Shown: positions 32,091-46,675, numbered from the stretch's first letter. The stretch: DNA of 58,034 nucleotides from Eledone cirrhosa (GCA_964016885.1 CAXHJY010000587.1:1-58034); one strand, 5' to 3'. The notes: generated by a model not told the origin, from the letters alone. Program-made: numbers and translations.

Positions 32091-32788
32091 ATACATACAT
32101 ACATACATAAATAGATACATACATAAATAGATACATACACTCTAGACAGGAATGTACAACACTCGTTCAATGTTAATGTTGTCGTATGTAGCTGACTGTG
32201 GACTTCGTTTGTCTTGACATATTTTGAATTTAAAATACATTGTTATATGGAATTGGAAAACAAATCTTATCTAAACCATCATATCATTGAATAAATATCA
32301 ATTTAAATTACGTGGAAAATCTCATGAGAAACACGTTAAATACCATATATTCAAAATACGTAACAATTCTCGTGAGAGCGAGATTGACGTGAATATAACG
32401 GAGGAGAAATATTAGAAATGGCGTTTAACAGATTTTGGCTTTTGTTTTTGTTTTTGTTTTTTTTTATTTATTTCATTTCTTTTTTTTTTTTCCCCTTCTT
32501 TTTAGTTATTTTTGTGCGTAGAGTTGTGTATATTCCCGCGTTGCCTTCTTGTTATTGCTAATAAACGCTCATAAATTAACACGTGATAAAATATAGCGCT
32601 AACTCAGTTGTTTCCAAGACTGAAATTACTGGATTTTTAAGAATGTCCTGATTTGTTTACACAGATGATATTGATATATATAATTTTGATGTATATAATG
32701 TATATATATATTGTTTTTCTCTTTCACCTGTTCCAGCGATCGAGTGCTTTACAGGTTCCAATAATTCACGGAGTACGAATACATATAT

Positions 32789-33430
32789 ATGCGATTCTCG
32801 CTAATTTATATTTGTATTAATCTTCAGAATCTAGCTGTTAAGCAGTTAATTTTTTGATTTTTTTAGTTAATTCTATTGACTGATTAATAGCTTATGTTAA
32901 TTTTAAAAACTATTCTGTCGAGGGCTTAATTCGTTTTGTGATATTTTGTAAGTTTGCAATAACCACACATACTGAATTCATCCGCCAAAACTAGGGGTTC
33001 TCTCCCTTCTCACCCCGCACGTGGATTCAGATAACGATCAGTTCCTTAGCTTTGCATAGAACTAAATGCCTGTTGAAAAACTGGCTTCCTTGTTCGATCA
33101 TCATACCAAAAGCTTAACATTATTTGTTTAAGCGGACAGTACCTGATTTAGGAGTTGCAGAAACCCCATATTGGATTTTAACCACCGTTTCCAGGGGTCC
33201 GGGTATAATTTTCAATCATATTTTATTATTTGTTTGACCCGAATATCTTGTTCGCTTCTAAGGCTTTGCGGTTAATGGTTTAACCATCGTCTCAGTGTGT
33301 TTGGCCTTTTAACGTATGTTTATTGCTCTCGTTCACTCGTTTCTATTGAGCGCTTGCCACACATCTCGGAAGTTGTTTTTCGCTAATTTCCAATAGCCGG
33401 AATGCGATTCTCGCTAATTTATATTTGTAT
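32789..33430. repeat. About 640-bp segment bounded by 29-bp direct repeats
   Basis: ATGCGATTCTCGCTAATTTATATTTGTAT occurs at both ends; a variant occurs near 6478-6500. Confidence 0.7.
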
Positions 33431-34003
33431 ATAATAAATATATATATATTATATACATATATATTATATATGTATATATCTATATTATACATATATATTA
33501 TATATATATATATCTATATTATAAATATATATATTATATATATATATATCTATATCATAAATATATATATTATATATGTATATATCTATATCATAAATAT
33601 ATATATTATATATGTATGTATCTATATTATAAATATATATATTATATATGTATATATCTATATTATAAATATATATATTATATATGTATGTATCTATATC
33701 ATGAATATATATATATTATATATTTATGTATCTATATCATGAATATATATATTATATATGTTTATATCTATATAATGAATATATATATTATATATGTATA
33801 TATCTATATAATGAATATATATATTATATATGCATATATCTATATAATAAATATATATATTATATATGTATGTATCTATATCATGAATATATATATTATA
33901 TATGTATGTATCTATATTATAAATATATTATATATGTATGTATATATATATATATATATATATTATATATGTATGTATCTATATTATAAATATATTATAT
34001 ATG

Positions 34004-34055
<52 letters not shown>

Positions 34056-35436
34056 ATCTCTATCTTCCCTATTTGCGTGATTACGTGCTAATGAAAAGAA
34101 ATTGTTTATAAGTAAATATTTCACTATTTCTTTATAGCAGAGCAAAACAAACGTACGAAGAAAAAGAAAAAGAAGAACAAGAAAACAACAAGAAGAATAA
34201 CAACAACAACAACAACAGCAGCAGCAACAAGAATATAAAACTTATTTCTTTTTCATATAATCAAATAACCCGTATATCCGCCCTTGATTCCCGCTGTTTA
34301 CCTGTAAGTTAACGCGATGTGGTAGTGATAAAAAATGAACCCTTCTGGGCAATAACAGGGAAACCTAGGAATATGTTTTTACGTGCATCATTCTGAAGAG
34401 GTTTTGAAACGATGCCCTAGTTCAGTTAGGGTTGGTTAAGATTTTGGTATTGTTTTCTATGAAGAATATTCGCAAAACATTTCATATTCAAAAGATGTTA
34501 TTTTCTAAAATTATGTTTTCAGGACTTGGTTTTGTATTTTGTTGAAAAAAAAATTTTTTTTTTTCTTGTTGTTATTTAAATATTAATTTTATAGATGTGT
34601 ATATATGTTTGTGTGTGTTGGGGTGGGGGGGGGGGGGGTATGTGTGAGTGGGAATATAGATACCTATGTATGTTTGTGGGTGATTCTGCACGTGTGGGGG
34701 GGGGAGGCGGTGGTGTCTGCGTGTCTGTATATTTCAAAGTGTCTTTTTTTTTCTTTTGTTTGTAGACAAAATAATATGCGCATGAAAAGAAGAAAAAGAA
34801 AAAGAAAAAGAAAAAGAAAAAAAAAGAAAAAGGAGAAAAAAAGAAGAAGAAAGGAAAAAGAAGAAAAGAAGAAGGAGAAGGAGAAGAAGAAGAATGTTAA
34901 AAAACATTGAAAGCTCATTTAGAGGCAATAGAATATGTTATATATATATAACTGAAATATGTGGAACAGAGACGGGAGAAGAGAATATATATATATCTAG
35001 AAGAGTGTTTTTATGTTTATCTTACTGTTATATATATATATGCGTGTGTGTGTACGTATATATATATGTGTGTGTATATATGTGTGTGTGTATATACATA
35101 TATATATATACACACATATATACATATATATATATATATACATACAAGGAACGTCCAACACACCTTGTATGACAGGATGTGATTATATATATATATATAT
35201 ATGCGTGCGTGCGTGGGTGTATGTGTGTGTAAGTGTGTGTGTGTGTGCGTGTGTGTGTGCGTATGTATGTATGTGTGTGCGTGTGTGTGTGTATGTTTGT
35301 ATGCGTGTGTGTATGTGTGTGTGTATATGTGTGTATGTGTGTGTGTGTGTATAAACACTCACAAATACATATAGACATATGTATATGTATGATTGTATCT
35401 CTTTCACACACACTCTGTCTTTCCCTCTCTCTCTCT

Positions 35437-35500
<64 letters not shown>

Positions 35501-35624
35501 GATAGAGAGAGAGAGAGAAAGAGAGAGAGAGGTATAAAGCCATTCCAATGAGATGTGTGTTCACCGTTTTGTTTCAATTGATGTTGGCCTTCTCCAAGAA
35601 TGATTGGCCGAGCACCAATAAGAT

Positions 35625-36052
35625 ATATCGTACGTCTGTCATACGTATTCATATCGTACGTCTGTCATACGTCTGACATATCGTACGTCTGTCATACATC
35701 TGACATATCGTACGTCTGTCATACATCTGACATATCGTACGTCTGTCATACATCTGACATATCGTACGTATGTCATACGTCTGTCATATCGTACGTCTGT
35801 CATACGTCTGTCATATCGTACGTCTGTCATACGTCTGTCCTGTAATACGTCTGTCATACGTCTGTCATATCGTACGTCTGTCATACGTCTGTCATATCGT
35901 ACGTCTGTCATACGTCTGTCATATCGTACGTCTGTCATACGTCTGTCATATCGTACGTCTGTCCTGTCATACGTCTGTCATATCGTACGTCTGTCCTACG
36001 TCTGTCATATCGTACGTCTGTCATACGTCTGTCATACGTCTGTCATACGTCA
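35625..36052. repeat. 27-bp CpG-rich minisatellite
   Basis: Unit ATATCGTACGTCTGTCATACGTCTGTC, built from 11-bp ATACGTCTGTC subunits. Confidence 0.95.
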
Positions 36053-36196
36053 ACTACAATTCTTTAGTCCATAACATTTATGTCGACTCTCTTGTGTTCT
36101 CTTTGCTGTCTGCTATAACTTTTCATGATATGATGTATAGAGTAGAAAATCAAACTTTCCAGTTGTTGTCTTCCTGTTTCTTCTACAACAACTACA

Positions 36197-36332
36197 AGGG
36201 TACGCGATGGGGCCCATCCACAGCCCCGGAGGACTGAATGGAGCAGGCGTTTCCCCGGAGGACAGCTAGGGTGACGCGCTGGAAAAGCCACTCCAACTCG
36301 TGGGGCTCACACCTGCGGCTGGCCAGCTCCAT
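36197..36332 (-). pseudogene. CRE-like non-LTR retrotransposon ORF C-terminus (restriction-like endonuclease end)
   Basis: Translates ELASRRCEPHELEWLFQRVTLAVLRGNACSI; homologous to 53137-53240. Confidence 0.65.
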
Positions 36333-36605
36333 TTATCGTTTTCTGTCCGCCCGGCCGACAAACTTACTCGATATGCAAATTAAGCTACTCAGCCGTTAAT
36401 ATGCATAAGGAAAGTATATACTTTCAAACGTTCAATCAACTGACAGGAAGGTATACCGTGCTGAGGACAGCTAATAAACTAGAAACTAGTTCGTCGTTCC
36501 TTTCTCAGTGTTGAACAAATAGGGCAGCAATGGGTGCTGAACACTGTACGGCTAATAATTGTGGCTGTTTGTTTAGAAATATATGTTCGGTAAACCCATA
36601 CGTAC
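36333..36605 (+). mobile_element. Penelope-like module, family I, with decayed hammerhead
   Basis: Homologous to 56538-56810; CUGAGGA 36461-36467, GAAA-CUAGU 36482-36490. Confidence 0.65.
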
Positions 36606-36686
36606 ATATATATATATATATGTGCATGTATGTAGGTATACATACTTTTATATATATATATATATGCATATATATATGTATATATA

Positions 36687-36720
<34 letters not shown>

Positions 36721-36894
36721 TATATATATATATGCATATATATATATATGCATATATATATATATATAAGCATATATATATATATATGCATATATATATA
36801 TATAAGCATATATATATATATAAGCATATATATATATATATGCATATATATATATATATGCATATATATATATATAAGCATATATATATATATA

Positions 36895-36932
<38 letters not shown>

Positions 36933-36948
36933 CATATATATATATATA

Positions 36949-36982
<34 letters not shown>

Positions 36983-37046
36983 CATATATATATATATATA
37001 TGCATATATATATATATATATATATATAAGCATATATATATATATA

Positions 37047-37082
<36 letters not shown>

Positions 37083-37098
37083 CATATATATATATATA

Positions 37099-37151
<53 letters not shown>

Positions 37152-37274
37152 GCATATATATATATATATTTATATATCATGTGCTGCCAATAAATTCAAA
37201 AACGAAGCATATATATGTATACATATATGTGTGTGTGGGGGGGCGTGTGTGTGTGCGTGCGTGTGCGTGTGCGT

Positions 37275-37525
37275 GTAAAAAAAGTTAATCAGAAATAGCA
37301 ACGCAATCGGTACAGTATATGAAAGAGATATATTAGGATAACGCTTGATATAGTACGAAGAGGGTCTTAACGTTTCCAATGCTAGTCCTTCATCAGAAGA
37401 AAGACTGAGAAATAAATTAGATTGAGGGGACGGGCGGCATGGAATTGGAAAAAAAAAATGTCTTTAGATAAAAATAACAGGTCCATTCATGTTGACATCT
37501 CTTGCAAAACTATTGGTGCTGGCGT
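37275..37525 (-). mobile_element. Family A module with hammerhead 37365-37399
   Basis: The minus strand reads CUGAUGAAGGACUAGCAUUGGAAACGUUAAGACCCU; flanks homologous to 23133-23375. Confidence 0.7.
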
Positions 37526-37958
37526 TTTGTGTAAGCAGAATGTGAGCAACTCACCCAGGATCACATATCTTCTCAAAACTCTCTGCAGTAATACAACGAT
37601 TATTTTCATACAAATATCTTTAGCGGTGTCGTTTAGAACTCAACTATTATACAACGGCTATAAAAGAACTTATATGTGGGCAAAATCATACATTGAAAAA
37701 AAATATTCCAATATATTGCCTACATAAACATAAATATAATCCAATAAACGTTAAACTTAACATAGTAAACCAATACGATCAAATATCAATTTTAATTTTA
37801 ATAATAAAATGTAATGCTTATTGAATATATACATATATAATTAGCAAAAACATGACTTAGTAAATTGTACGTTTTAGGACGGTTTTTGTTGAAGTTATTG
37901 TTGGTGTTCTTGCTGATTGCTATATACTACCGAATTTATTTCATTTATATTTACGTTC

Positions 37959-38036
<78 letters not shown>

Positions 38037-38037
38037 G

Positions 38038-38070
<33 letters not shown>

Positions 38071-38073
38071 GTG

Positions 38074-38104
<31 letters not shown>

Positions 38105-38117
38105 GTATATATATATG

Positions 38118-38148
<31 letters not shown>

Positions 38149-38161
38149 GTATATATATATG

Positions 38162-38219
<58 letters not shown>

Positions 38220-38257
38220 ATATATATATGTATATATATGTATATAATATATATATG

Positions 38258-38292
<35 letters not shown>

Positions 38293-38417
38293 GTATATAT
38301 ATATGTATATACGTATATATATATATATATGTGTATGTCTGTATGTATATATATATATATATATGTGTATGTCTGTATGTATATATATATATATATATAT
38401 GTATATGTGTATGTCTG

Positions 38418-38485
<68 letters not shown>

Positions 38486-39238
38486 CGTATATATATATAT
38501 ATATATGTGTATGTCTGTATGTATATATATATATGTATATATGTATATATATGTGTATATATATATATATATACATGTATTCATAAATCTTTGTTGTTCT
38601 CTCCAGCATTTTAAAAATGATATACGTATGTGTATGTATATATATTTGTATATATATATTTGTGTGTGCATTTATATATATATATATATACATACATACA
38701 TACATACTTGAATACATATATACATGTATATTTATATCCTATTATTACTAGTGCTACTCGTAATAATAGTAATAATAATAATAATGATAATAATAATAAT
38801 ATTATCTGTATTATTATCTCCCTTTTATTTGATTTGTTTCTTCTTCTTCCGGCAGCTATTTCTATTTCATATAGACTAAACACTACATTAAAAAGAAGTA
38901 ATTTATTGAAATTATAAACAATGTTTTTTTTCCATTCCTTCTCATATTTTTCTTCCAATATATTTAATTCTTTTATAATTTTCAGTGAATTTTTCTTTCC
39001 TTTCTCACTAATTTTTGTTTCTTCGTCTGTTTGTTTATTATATTGGCGGACATGATATATTTTTCTGCCTCATACGTGTTGTTATAATTTCGCTATTAAC
39101 TTTTATATTTGTAAATATAAATGTATATTTGTGAGGATAAACGTCAAGAAAAATAAAGAGAAAGAGAAACTATATCCTCCCTCCCTCCACACACACACTA
39201 TCTCTATCTCTCTAACTCTCTCCCTCCTTCACACTCAC

Positions 39239-39272
39239 CTGCCTCTTTCTCGTGCCGCATCGACAGCACCAT
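39239..39272 (-). CDS. Candidate first coding exon ([11 protein letters not shown], phase 1) of an unidentified gene
   Basis: GAAAATGG start context and a perfect CAG|GTGAGT donor in a unique island; no product recognised. Confidence 0.35.
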
Positions 39273-39397
39273 TTTCGACTGCAAACATCTTCAAATGCCA
39301 GGATGTAGATATAAAAGTTATAATATTGATATATAAAACCTGAATTTGTTGTTGGAGTTGCTGTTGTTGATGGTGGTTCTGTTTTGTTTGCGTCTTG

Positions 39398-39461
<64 letters not shown>

Positions 39462-39516
39462 ATACATATATGTGTGTGTATATATATATATATATGTAAA
39501 TATATATATATATGTA

Positions 39517-39574
<58 letters not shown>

Positions 39575-39860
39575 TTATATGCGCCTAAATGATGTTTCCT
39601 CTCCATGTGAGGTTTATATGTATATGCAACAATATATATATATATATATATATATAAAGATGAAAAAAATAGAGAATGAGAGAGAGAGAGATACATGTGT
39701 ATATACATATCCGTATATGATATATATATAGAGAGAGAAAGAGAGAAATACATATACATACATACATACATATATACATACATGTATATATGCATATATA
39801 CTCATATAAATAATATATTTATATATAGAGAGATAGAGAGAGATAGATAGAGATAGATAG

Positions 39861-40558
39861 ATTTCTTTATTTGCCACAAGAGCACACAAGAAAAGGGGAC
39901 AATACAAAGACACATGCCGGGGATTTTACATACAGTCGTGTGAAAATATTGAAGCAAACAAATATAACAATCGAAATCCCCAATATGGGGGAGGCGCCAC
40001 AAATGGGTTGTTCAATACCCCGTCGATAGAACAACCCTGAACTTCAGGAGCGTGTTGTGCAAGTGCTCCTTTCTTCCTTTTGCTCTCTTCTTTAACCTAC
40101 AGGTTTATATACAGAGAAGGCCCATTCACTCGGGCCATTCTCGCCACTTTCACCCACCTTTCATAAAACTTGCTGGGGTAAAGTACCTCTCTCTCCATCC
40201 TGATTCTTCTTCCAAAGAGAGAGAGATAGACAGATAGATAGATAGATAAATAGATATATGTCTTTATTTACCATAAAGGCGCACAAGAAAAGGGACAATA
40301 CAAAGACACATGCCGGGGATTTTACATACAGTCATGTGAAAATATTGAAGCAAACAAATATAACAATCGAAATCCCCAATATGGGGGAGCAACCACAAAT
40401 GGGTTGTTTAATACCCCGTCGATAGAACAACCCTCAACTTCAGGAGCGTGTTGTGCAAGTGCACCTTTCTTCCTTTTTCTCTCTTCGTTAACCTACAGGC
40501 TTATAAACAGAGAAGGCCCATTCACTCGGGCCATTTTTGCCACATTCACCCACCTTTC
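39861..40558 (-). mobile_element. Two 5'-truncated Tx1/L1-like LINE 3' ends (39861-40215 and 40261-40558)
   Basis: Duplicated about 300-bp segment; the minus strand encodes RIRMEREVLYPSKFYERWVKVARMARVNGPSLYINL*, then a UTR ending AATAAAGA into (ATCT)n. Confidence 0.55.
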
Positions 40559-40766
40559 AGATGGATAGATAGATTATCTACATTAAAATAATTACTGAAG
40601 TTAATATGATCGATTCTAATCTGCGAAGATGGAGTCCTTACTTGGTTGCAGAAAACTGACAAGAACCGGTGAAATATTTGCATATATATATATGTCCTCG
40701 GGACTTTGATTTTCAGCCCCATGGATTTTATCTATTACATTCACTTATTATATTTCAAATACTTGA

Positions 40767-40953
40767 AAGGGCGGTGGATTGGCAGTATCGGTAGAGGGTC
40801 GGACGCCATGCTTTCCAGCATAGTTACGTCCCTTTACGATCTGAGTTCAAATCCCGCTGAGGTTGACTTTGCCTTTCATCCTTACGGGGTCGATAAAATA
40901 AAGTACCAGTAATGCACTAGGTATTTGCTGGCCTTGTGCCTAAAGTAGAAACA
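40767..40953 (+). mobile_element. SINE family 1 with 20-bp TSD
   Basis: ATTATATTTCAAATACTTGA at 40747-40766 and 40954-40973. Confidence 0.9.
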
Positions 40954-41576
40954 ATTATATTTCAAATACTTGATGATATCACCGGATTCATACGGAACCC
41001 GGTCATTGAAATGATCATGGTATAATAAACCTTTCAAGTATTTACACAAGTTCAGCCTCCTGTCATTTCATTATAATATATATATATATGTATATATATG
41101 TTTGTATGTGTTTGTTTTTGTGGATGTGGATGTATATGTGTGTTTGTTTGTTTGTTTGTGTGTGGAGGTCAGCGTGTGTGTGTGTTTGTGTTTGTTTGTG
41201 TGTGTGTAGGTGAGTGTGTGTATGTGTGTGGGTGTGTGTGTGTATGTGTTTGTGGAGGTGAGCGTGTGTATGTGTGTGTTCGTTTGTTTGTTTGTTTATT
41301 TGTGGATGTGTCTGTGTAGGTGAACGTGTGTGTGCGCGTGTGCCTTTGAAATGTCCCATCAATCTAACTCTTTGTTCACATAAGCAATCTATAGACAATC
41401 TATCTAAACACACAGTCACTCACTAAACAAATCGGAAGTATATTATTACGCCTCAACACAACCACCACCAGCCGCTCACCCCTACCTCCACCACTGCCTT
41501 TGTTTCTCTTTCTCCCATTCTCTCCATATATATACATATATATATATATATGCATAAATATATACGTAAATTTATA

Positions 41577-41614
<38 letters not shown>

Positions 41615-42016
41615 TATATATGTGTGTCTGTGTGTATATATATACATATATACATGTATATATATATATCTGGGAGTAGATATATATGTATATATATATA
41701 TATATACATATATATCTACCCCCAGATAGATAGATACATACATGTATATATGTATAAATATACACACAGACACATATATATGCATACATATATAACATGT
41801 ATATATATATTCATATATATATATAACATATATATATATATATATGCATATATATATATATATATATGCATATATAACATATATATATATATGCATATAT
41901 AACATATATATATATATGCATATATAACATATATCTATATATGCATATATAACATATATATATATATGCATATATAACATATATATATATATGCATATAT
42001 AACATATATATATATA

Positions 42017-42072
<56 letters not shown>

Positions 42073-42406
42073 TATATAACATATATATATATATATAAAT
42101 ACACACACTTACAAACACACAAGTCTCTCTGTCATCCATCAATTATTTTTTAACGTTGTATTTTCGAAACACATTTTATAGTTTTCCGATAATTTTAATA
42201 AATATTCATTAAATATATTTTAAGGGAGCCGGATAAATACTAATTCCAGTTTGTATTTTTAAATTGTTTTTATTTTATTTTATGTTATTTATTTTATGTT
42301 ATTTATTTTATGTTATTATATTTTTGTGAGGATTTTATTTTATTTATCTACTTAATTACCAAACTAGTTACTTCGATACTTTTTAGTGGTGTTGGCGCCG
42401 GTTTTG

Positions 42407-42470
<64 letters not shown>

Positions 42471-42503
42471 GTTATATATATATATATATATATATATTTT
42501 TAA

Positions 42504-42541
<38 letters not shown>

Positions 42542-42634
42542 CCGACATATAACAATATATAACTATATATATATATATATAGTATACCTACATATATATA
42601 TATTATATAAAGACATATATATATATTGTATACC

Positions 42635-42694
<60 letters not shown>

Positions 42695-42756
42695 CATATA
42701 TATATATATATATCGACATATATATATATATATATATAATATATATATATATATCG

Positions 42757-42809
<53 letters not shown>

Positions 42810-42895
42810 CGACATATATATATATATATATCGACATATATATATATATATATATATAATATATATATATATATCGACATATATATATATATATG

Positions 42896-42929
<34 letters not shown>

Positions 42930-43002
42930 CGACATATATATATATATATATATATATCGACATATATATATATATATATATCGACATATATATATATATA
43001 TC

Positions 43003-43040
<38 letters not shown>

Positions 43041-43062
43041 CATATATATATATATATATATC

Positions 43063-43098
<36 letters not shown>

Positions 43099-43144
43099 CA
43101 TATATATATATATATCGACATATATATATATATATATATATATC

Positions 43145-43186
<42 letters not shown>

Positions 43187-43208
43187 CATATATATATATA
43201 TATATATC

Positions 43209-43270
<62 letters not shown>

Positions 43271-43429
43271 TATATATATATATTCATATATATATTGTGG
43301 CGCAAATGTCCTGCACCGCCATATTCATTATCTTATGAACATTTATTACACTTACTTCCAGAAATAACAAATAGGTTATTATAAGAAAGTGTTATTTTAC
43401 TGGTGCACGACTTTAACACGACCATGTAT

Positions 43430-44150
43430 ACTGTGTGTATATACGTGTGTATGTGTGCATGTGTGTAAGTCTGTGTATCTGTATGTGTAACTGTGTGTAT
43501 ATACGTGTGTATGTGTGCATGTGTGTAAGTCTGTGTATCTGTATGCGTAACTGTGTGTATGTATGCATGTGTGTAAGTCTGTGTATATGTATGTGTAACT
43601 GTGTGTATATACGTGTGTATGTGTGCATGTGTGTAAATCTGTGTATCTGTATGTGTAACTGTGTGTATGTATGCATGTGTGTAAGTCTGTGTATCTGTAT
43701 GTGTAACTGTATGTATATACGTGTGTATGTGTGCATGTGTGTAAGTCTGTGTATCTGTATGTGTAACTGTGTGTATATACGTGTGTATGTGTGCATGTGT
43801 GTAAGTCTGTGTATCTGTATGTGTAACTGTGTGTATATACGTGTGTATGTGTGCATGTCTTTAAGTCTGTGTAACTGTGTGTATATACGTGTGTATGTGT
43901 GCATGTCTGAAAGTCTGTGTAACTGTGTGTGTATATACGTGTGTATGTGTGCATGTGTGTAAGTCTGTGTATCTGTATGTGTAACTGTGTGTATGTGTGC
44001 ATGTGTGTAAGTATGTGTATCTGTATCTGTAACTGTGTTTATATACGTGTGTATGCGTGCATGTGTGTAAGGTATGTATCTGTATGTATAACTGTGTGTA
44101 TATATGTGTGTATGTGTGCATGTATGTAAGTCTGTGTATCTATGTGTAAC
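43430..44150. repeat. About 60-bp minisatellite
   Basis: CTGTGTGTATATACGTGTGTATGTGTGCATGTGTGTAAGTCTGTGTATCTGTATGTGTAA and deletion variants. Confidence 0.95.
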
Positions 44151-44363
44151 ATGTGTGTGTGAGAGACTATGTCAGTATGTGTGTAGTGAATAAATCTGTT
44201 TAAATAGTACCGTTTAGCAATGGATCGATTTACTGATTTAAAGGATCTTTATTTTATTTTTTTCAGTAATTCACATAAAAATACTTATTTAATTTTCCTT
44301 TCGGGATGATTGGTGTGTGATAAATATGATAAATACACGTGGAAATGAATAAAAATAATAATA

Positions 44364-44964
44364 ATTGTTTCTACTTTGGGCACAAGGCCAGCAAATTACC
44401 CAGTGCATTACTGGTACTTTATTTTATCGACCCCGTAAGGATGAAAGGCAAAGTCAACCTCGGCGCGATTTGAACTCAGATCATAAAGGGACGTAACTCT
44501 ATGCTTCAAAGCATTGTGTCTGACTCTCTATCGATACTGCCAATCCACCGCCTTTGTATAATTGTTTCTACTTTAGGCACAAGGCCAGCAATTACCCAGT
44601 GTATTACTGGTACTTTATTTTATCGACCCCGTAAGGATGAAAGGCAAAGTCAACCTCGGCGAGATTTGAACTCAGATCGTAAAGGGGACGTAACTATGCT
44701 GGAAATGCATGGCGTCCGACCCTCTACTGATACTGCCAATCCACCGCCGAAATGAATAAAAATAATAATAATTGTTTCTACTTTTGGCACAAGGCCCGTA
44801 ATTATCCAGTGCATTACTGGTACTTTATTTTATCGACCCCGTAAGGATGAAAGGTAAAGTTAACCTAACCTCGGCGGGATTTGAACTCAGAATGGCAAGG
44901 GCCGTAACTCTATACGTCAAAGCATAGCGTCCGACCCTCTGTCGATACTGCCAATCCACCGCCC
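44364..44964 (-). mobile_element. SINE family 1 trimer
   Basis: Three tandem units; GAAATGAATAAAAATAATAATAATT is duplicated at 44342 and 44749. Confidence 0.88.
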
Positions 44965-45191
44965 TAAATAAAAATAATAATAATGATAATGATGATGATG
45001 ATAATGGTGATGATGGTATAATGATGATGATGATATATGCAAATATGAAAGGAACGAAAATATGAAAGGAGCGAAAATAGGAAGGGAACTGAACTTACTC
45101 ATAATACTGTAATAATATATATGTTTGGGTGTGTGTAAGTGTGTTAGTGTGTGCATGTATGTATGTATATGTCTCAAAACTAGTTGTGTGC

Positions 45192-45232
<41 letters not shown>

Positions 45233-45273
45233 CGAAACATAAGTCAATTGCATAAACTCATAATCCTTTATTT

Positions 45274-45329
45274 ACTGCTATATATATTTCGATGATAGCT
45301 ATTGAATGGTTATGACCTCGTCAGGCAGT
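45274..45329 (-). ncRNA. Type I hammerhead motif (family J)
   Basis: ACUGC-CUGACGA-GGU..AUC-GAAA-UAUAUAU-A-GCAGU. Confidence 0.75.
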
Positions 45330-45540
45330 TAGTTATATATATATATACAATGATATTAAATGGAAACTATATTTATAAAACCATATTTATTCTATTATAT
45401 ATATTTCAAGGGTACCAAAACTTTGGTTCGCGATCACCAGATAAAATACGAAGTGTGTTTTATCAATTTTGACATAACCAAGGAAAATATACCTAAACGG
45501 TTCAAGTTTTCCTTGGATAGTCAATGTTTGTGTGTGTGTC

Positions 45541-45601
<61 letters not shown>

Positions 45602-45605
45602 ATGT

Positions 45606-45696
<91 letters not shown>

Positions 45697-45788
45697 GCTA
45701 TATATATTATACTCCAGAAAACTGTGCTCTGAATCAGTTATAAACATTTATATTTGTTGAATTACCGACACATTGAATATCCCTTTTG

Positions 45789-45860
<72 letters not shown>

Positions 45861-45863
<3 letters not shown>

Positions 45864-46334
45864 TGTTATACTTTGGGAGGGTCATGTTGCCAATAAGAAA
45901 CACACGCACCAGTTGCTTTCACTTCAATTTATTATAATAAATTTATAATAAATTTATAAATTTACAAATTTCTGGTTGGTTGGTTGGTTGGTTCCACAAC
46001 CAGATAGTTGTTTATATATTGTCATAGTTCTTTCGTCACACACTCTGTGACCTCTTCAGTGACTGGGGATTCCTTTCTTTGTTTCTGTACTTCTCCTTTG
46101 TTCTGTCCTACGCCATTTTGTTTCTGTGTGTGTGTTCTATCTGGTTGTGGAACCAACCAACCAACCAGAAACTTATAAATTTATAAATTTATTATAAATT
46201 TATTATAATAAATTGAAGTGAAAGCAACTGGTGCGTGTGTTTCTTATTGGCAACATGACCCTCCCAAAGTATAACAATATCGGTTTCAACACACGATTTC
46301 AGATAAAGAATCTTGCTAAACAAATTCAGAAACG

Positions 46335-46336
<2 letters not shown>
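45861..46336. mobile_element. Family F module: inverted arms 45861-46007/46137-46279 with hammerhead in the spacer
   Basis: Minus strand 46021-46063 reads GUCA-CUGAAGA-G-GUCAC..GUGAC-GAAA-GAAC-UA-UGAC; homolog at 52495-52695. Confidence 0.8.
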
Positions 46337-46392
<56 letters not shown>

Positions 46393-46675
46393 GGCGAGGC
46401 GTGTGTGTGAATGTGTGTATGCGTGTATCCATGTATGTGTGTGTGACAAGCCTAACTGTGAATATATTCATACAGGCCGCAGCGATCAAATTATTCCCTG
46501 TACACACAACTCCCAAGTATTTCACCACCAACGATTTTTTTTTTGTCTCAAGCGATGATTCTTCTCCTGGGAAGATATATGTGTATATATATATAAATGT
46601 GTGTGTGTGTGTGCGCGTGTGTATGTGTGTGTGAAGCCTAACTGTGTATATATTTATATATATATATATATATAT

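Noticed and set aside
34388-34415. CTGAAGA...GAAAC hammerhead-like words
   Set aside because: There is no stem II or stem III, and no NUH triplet in register.
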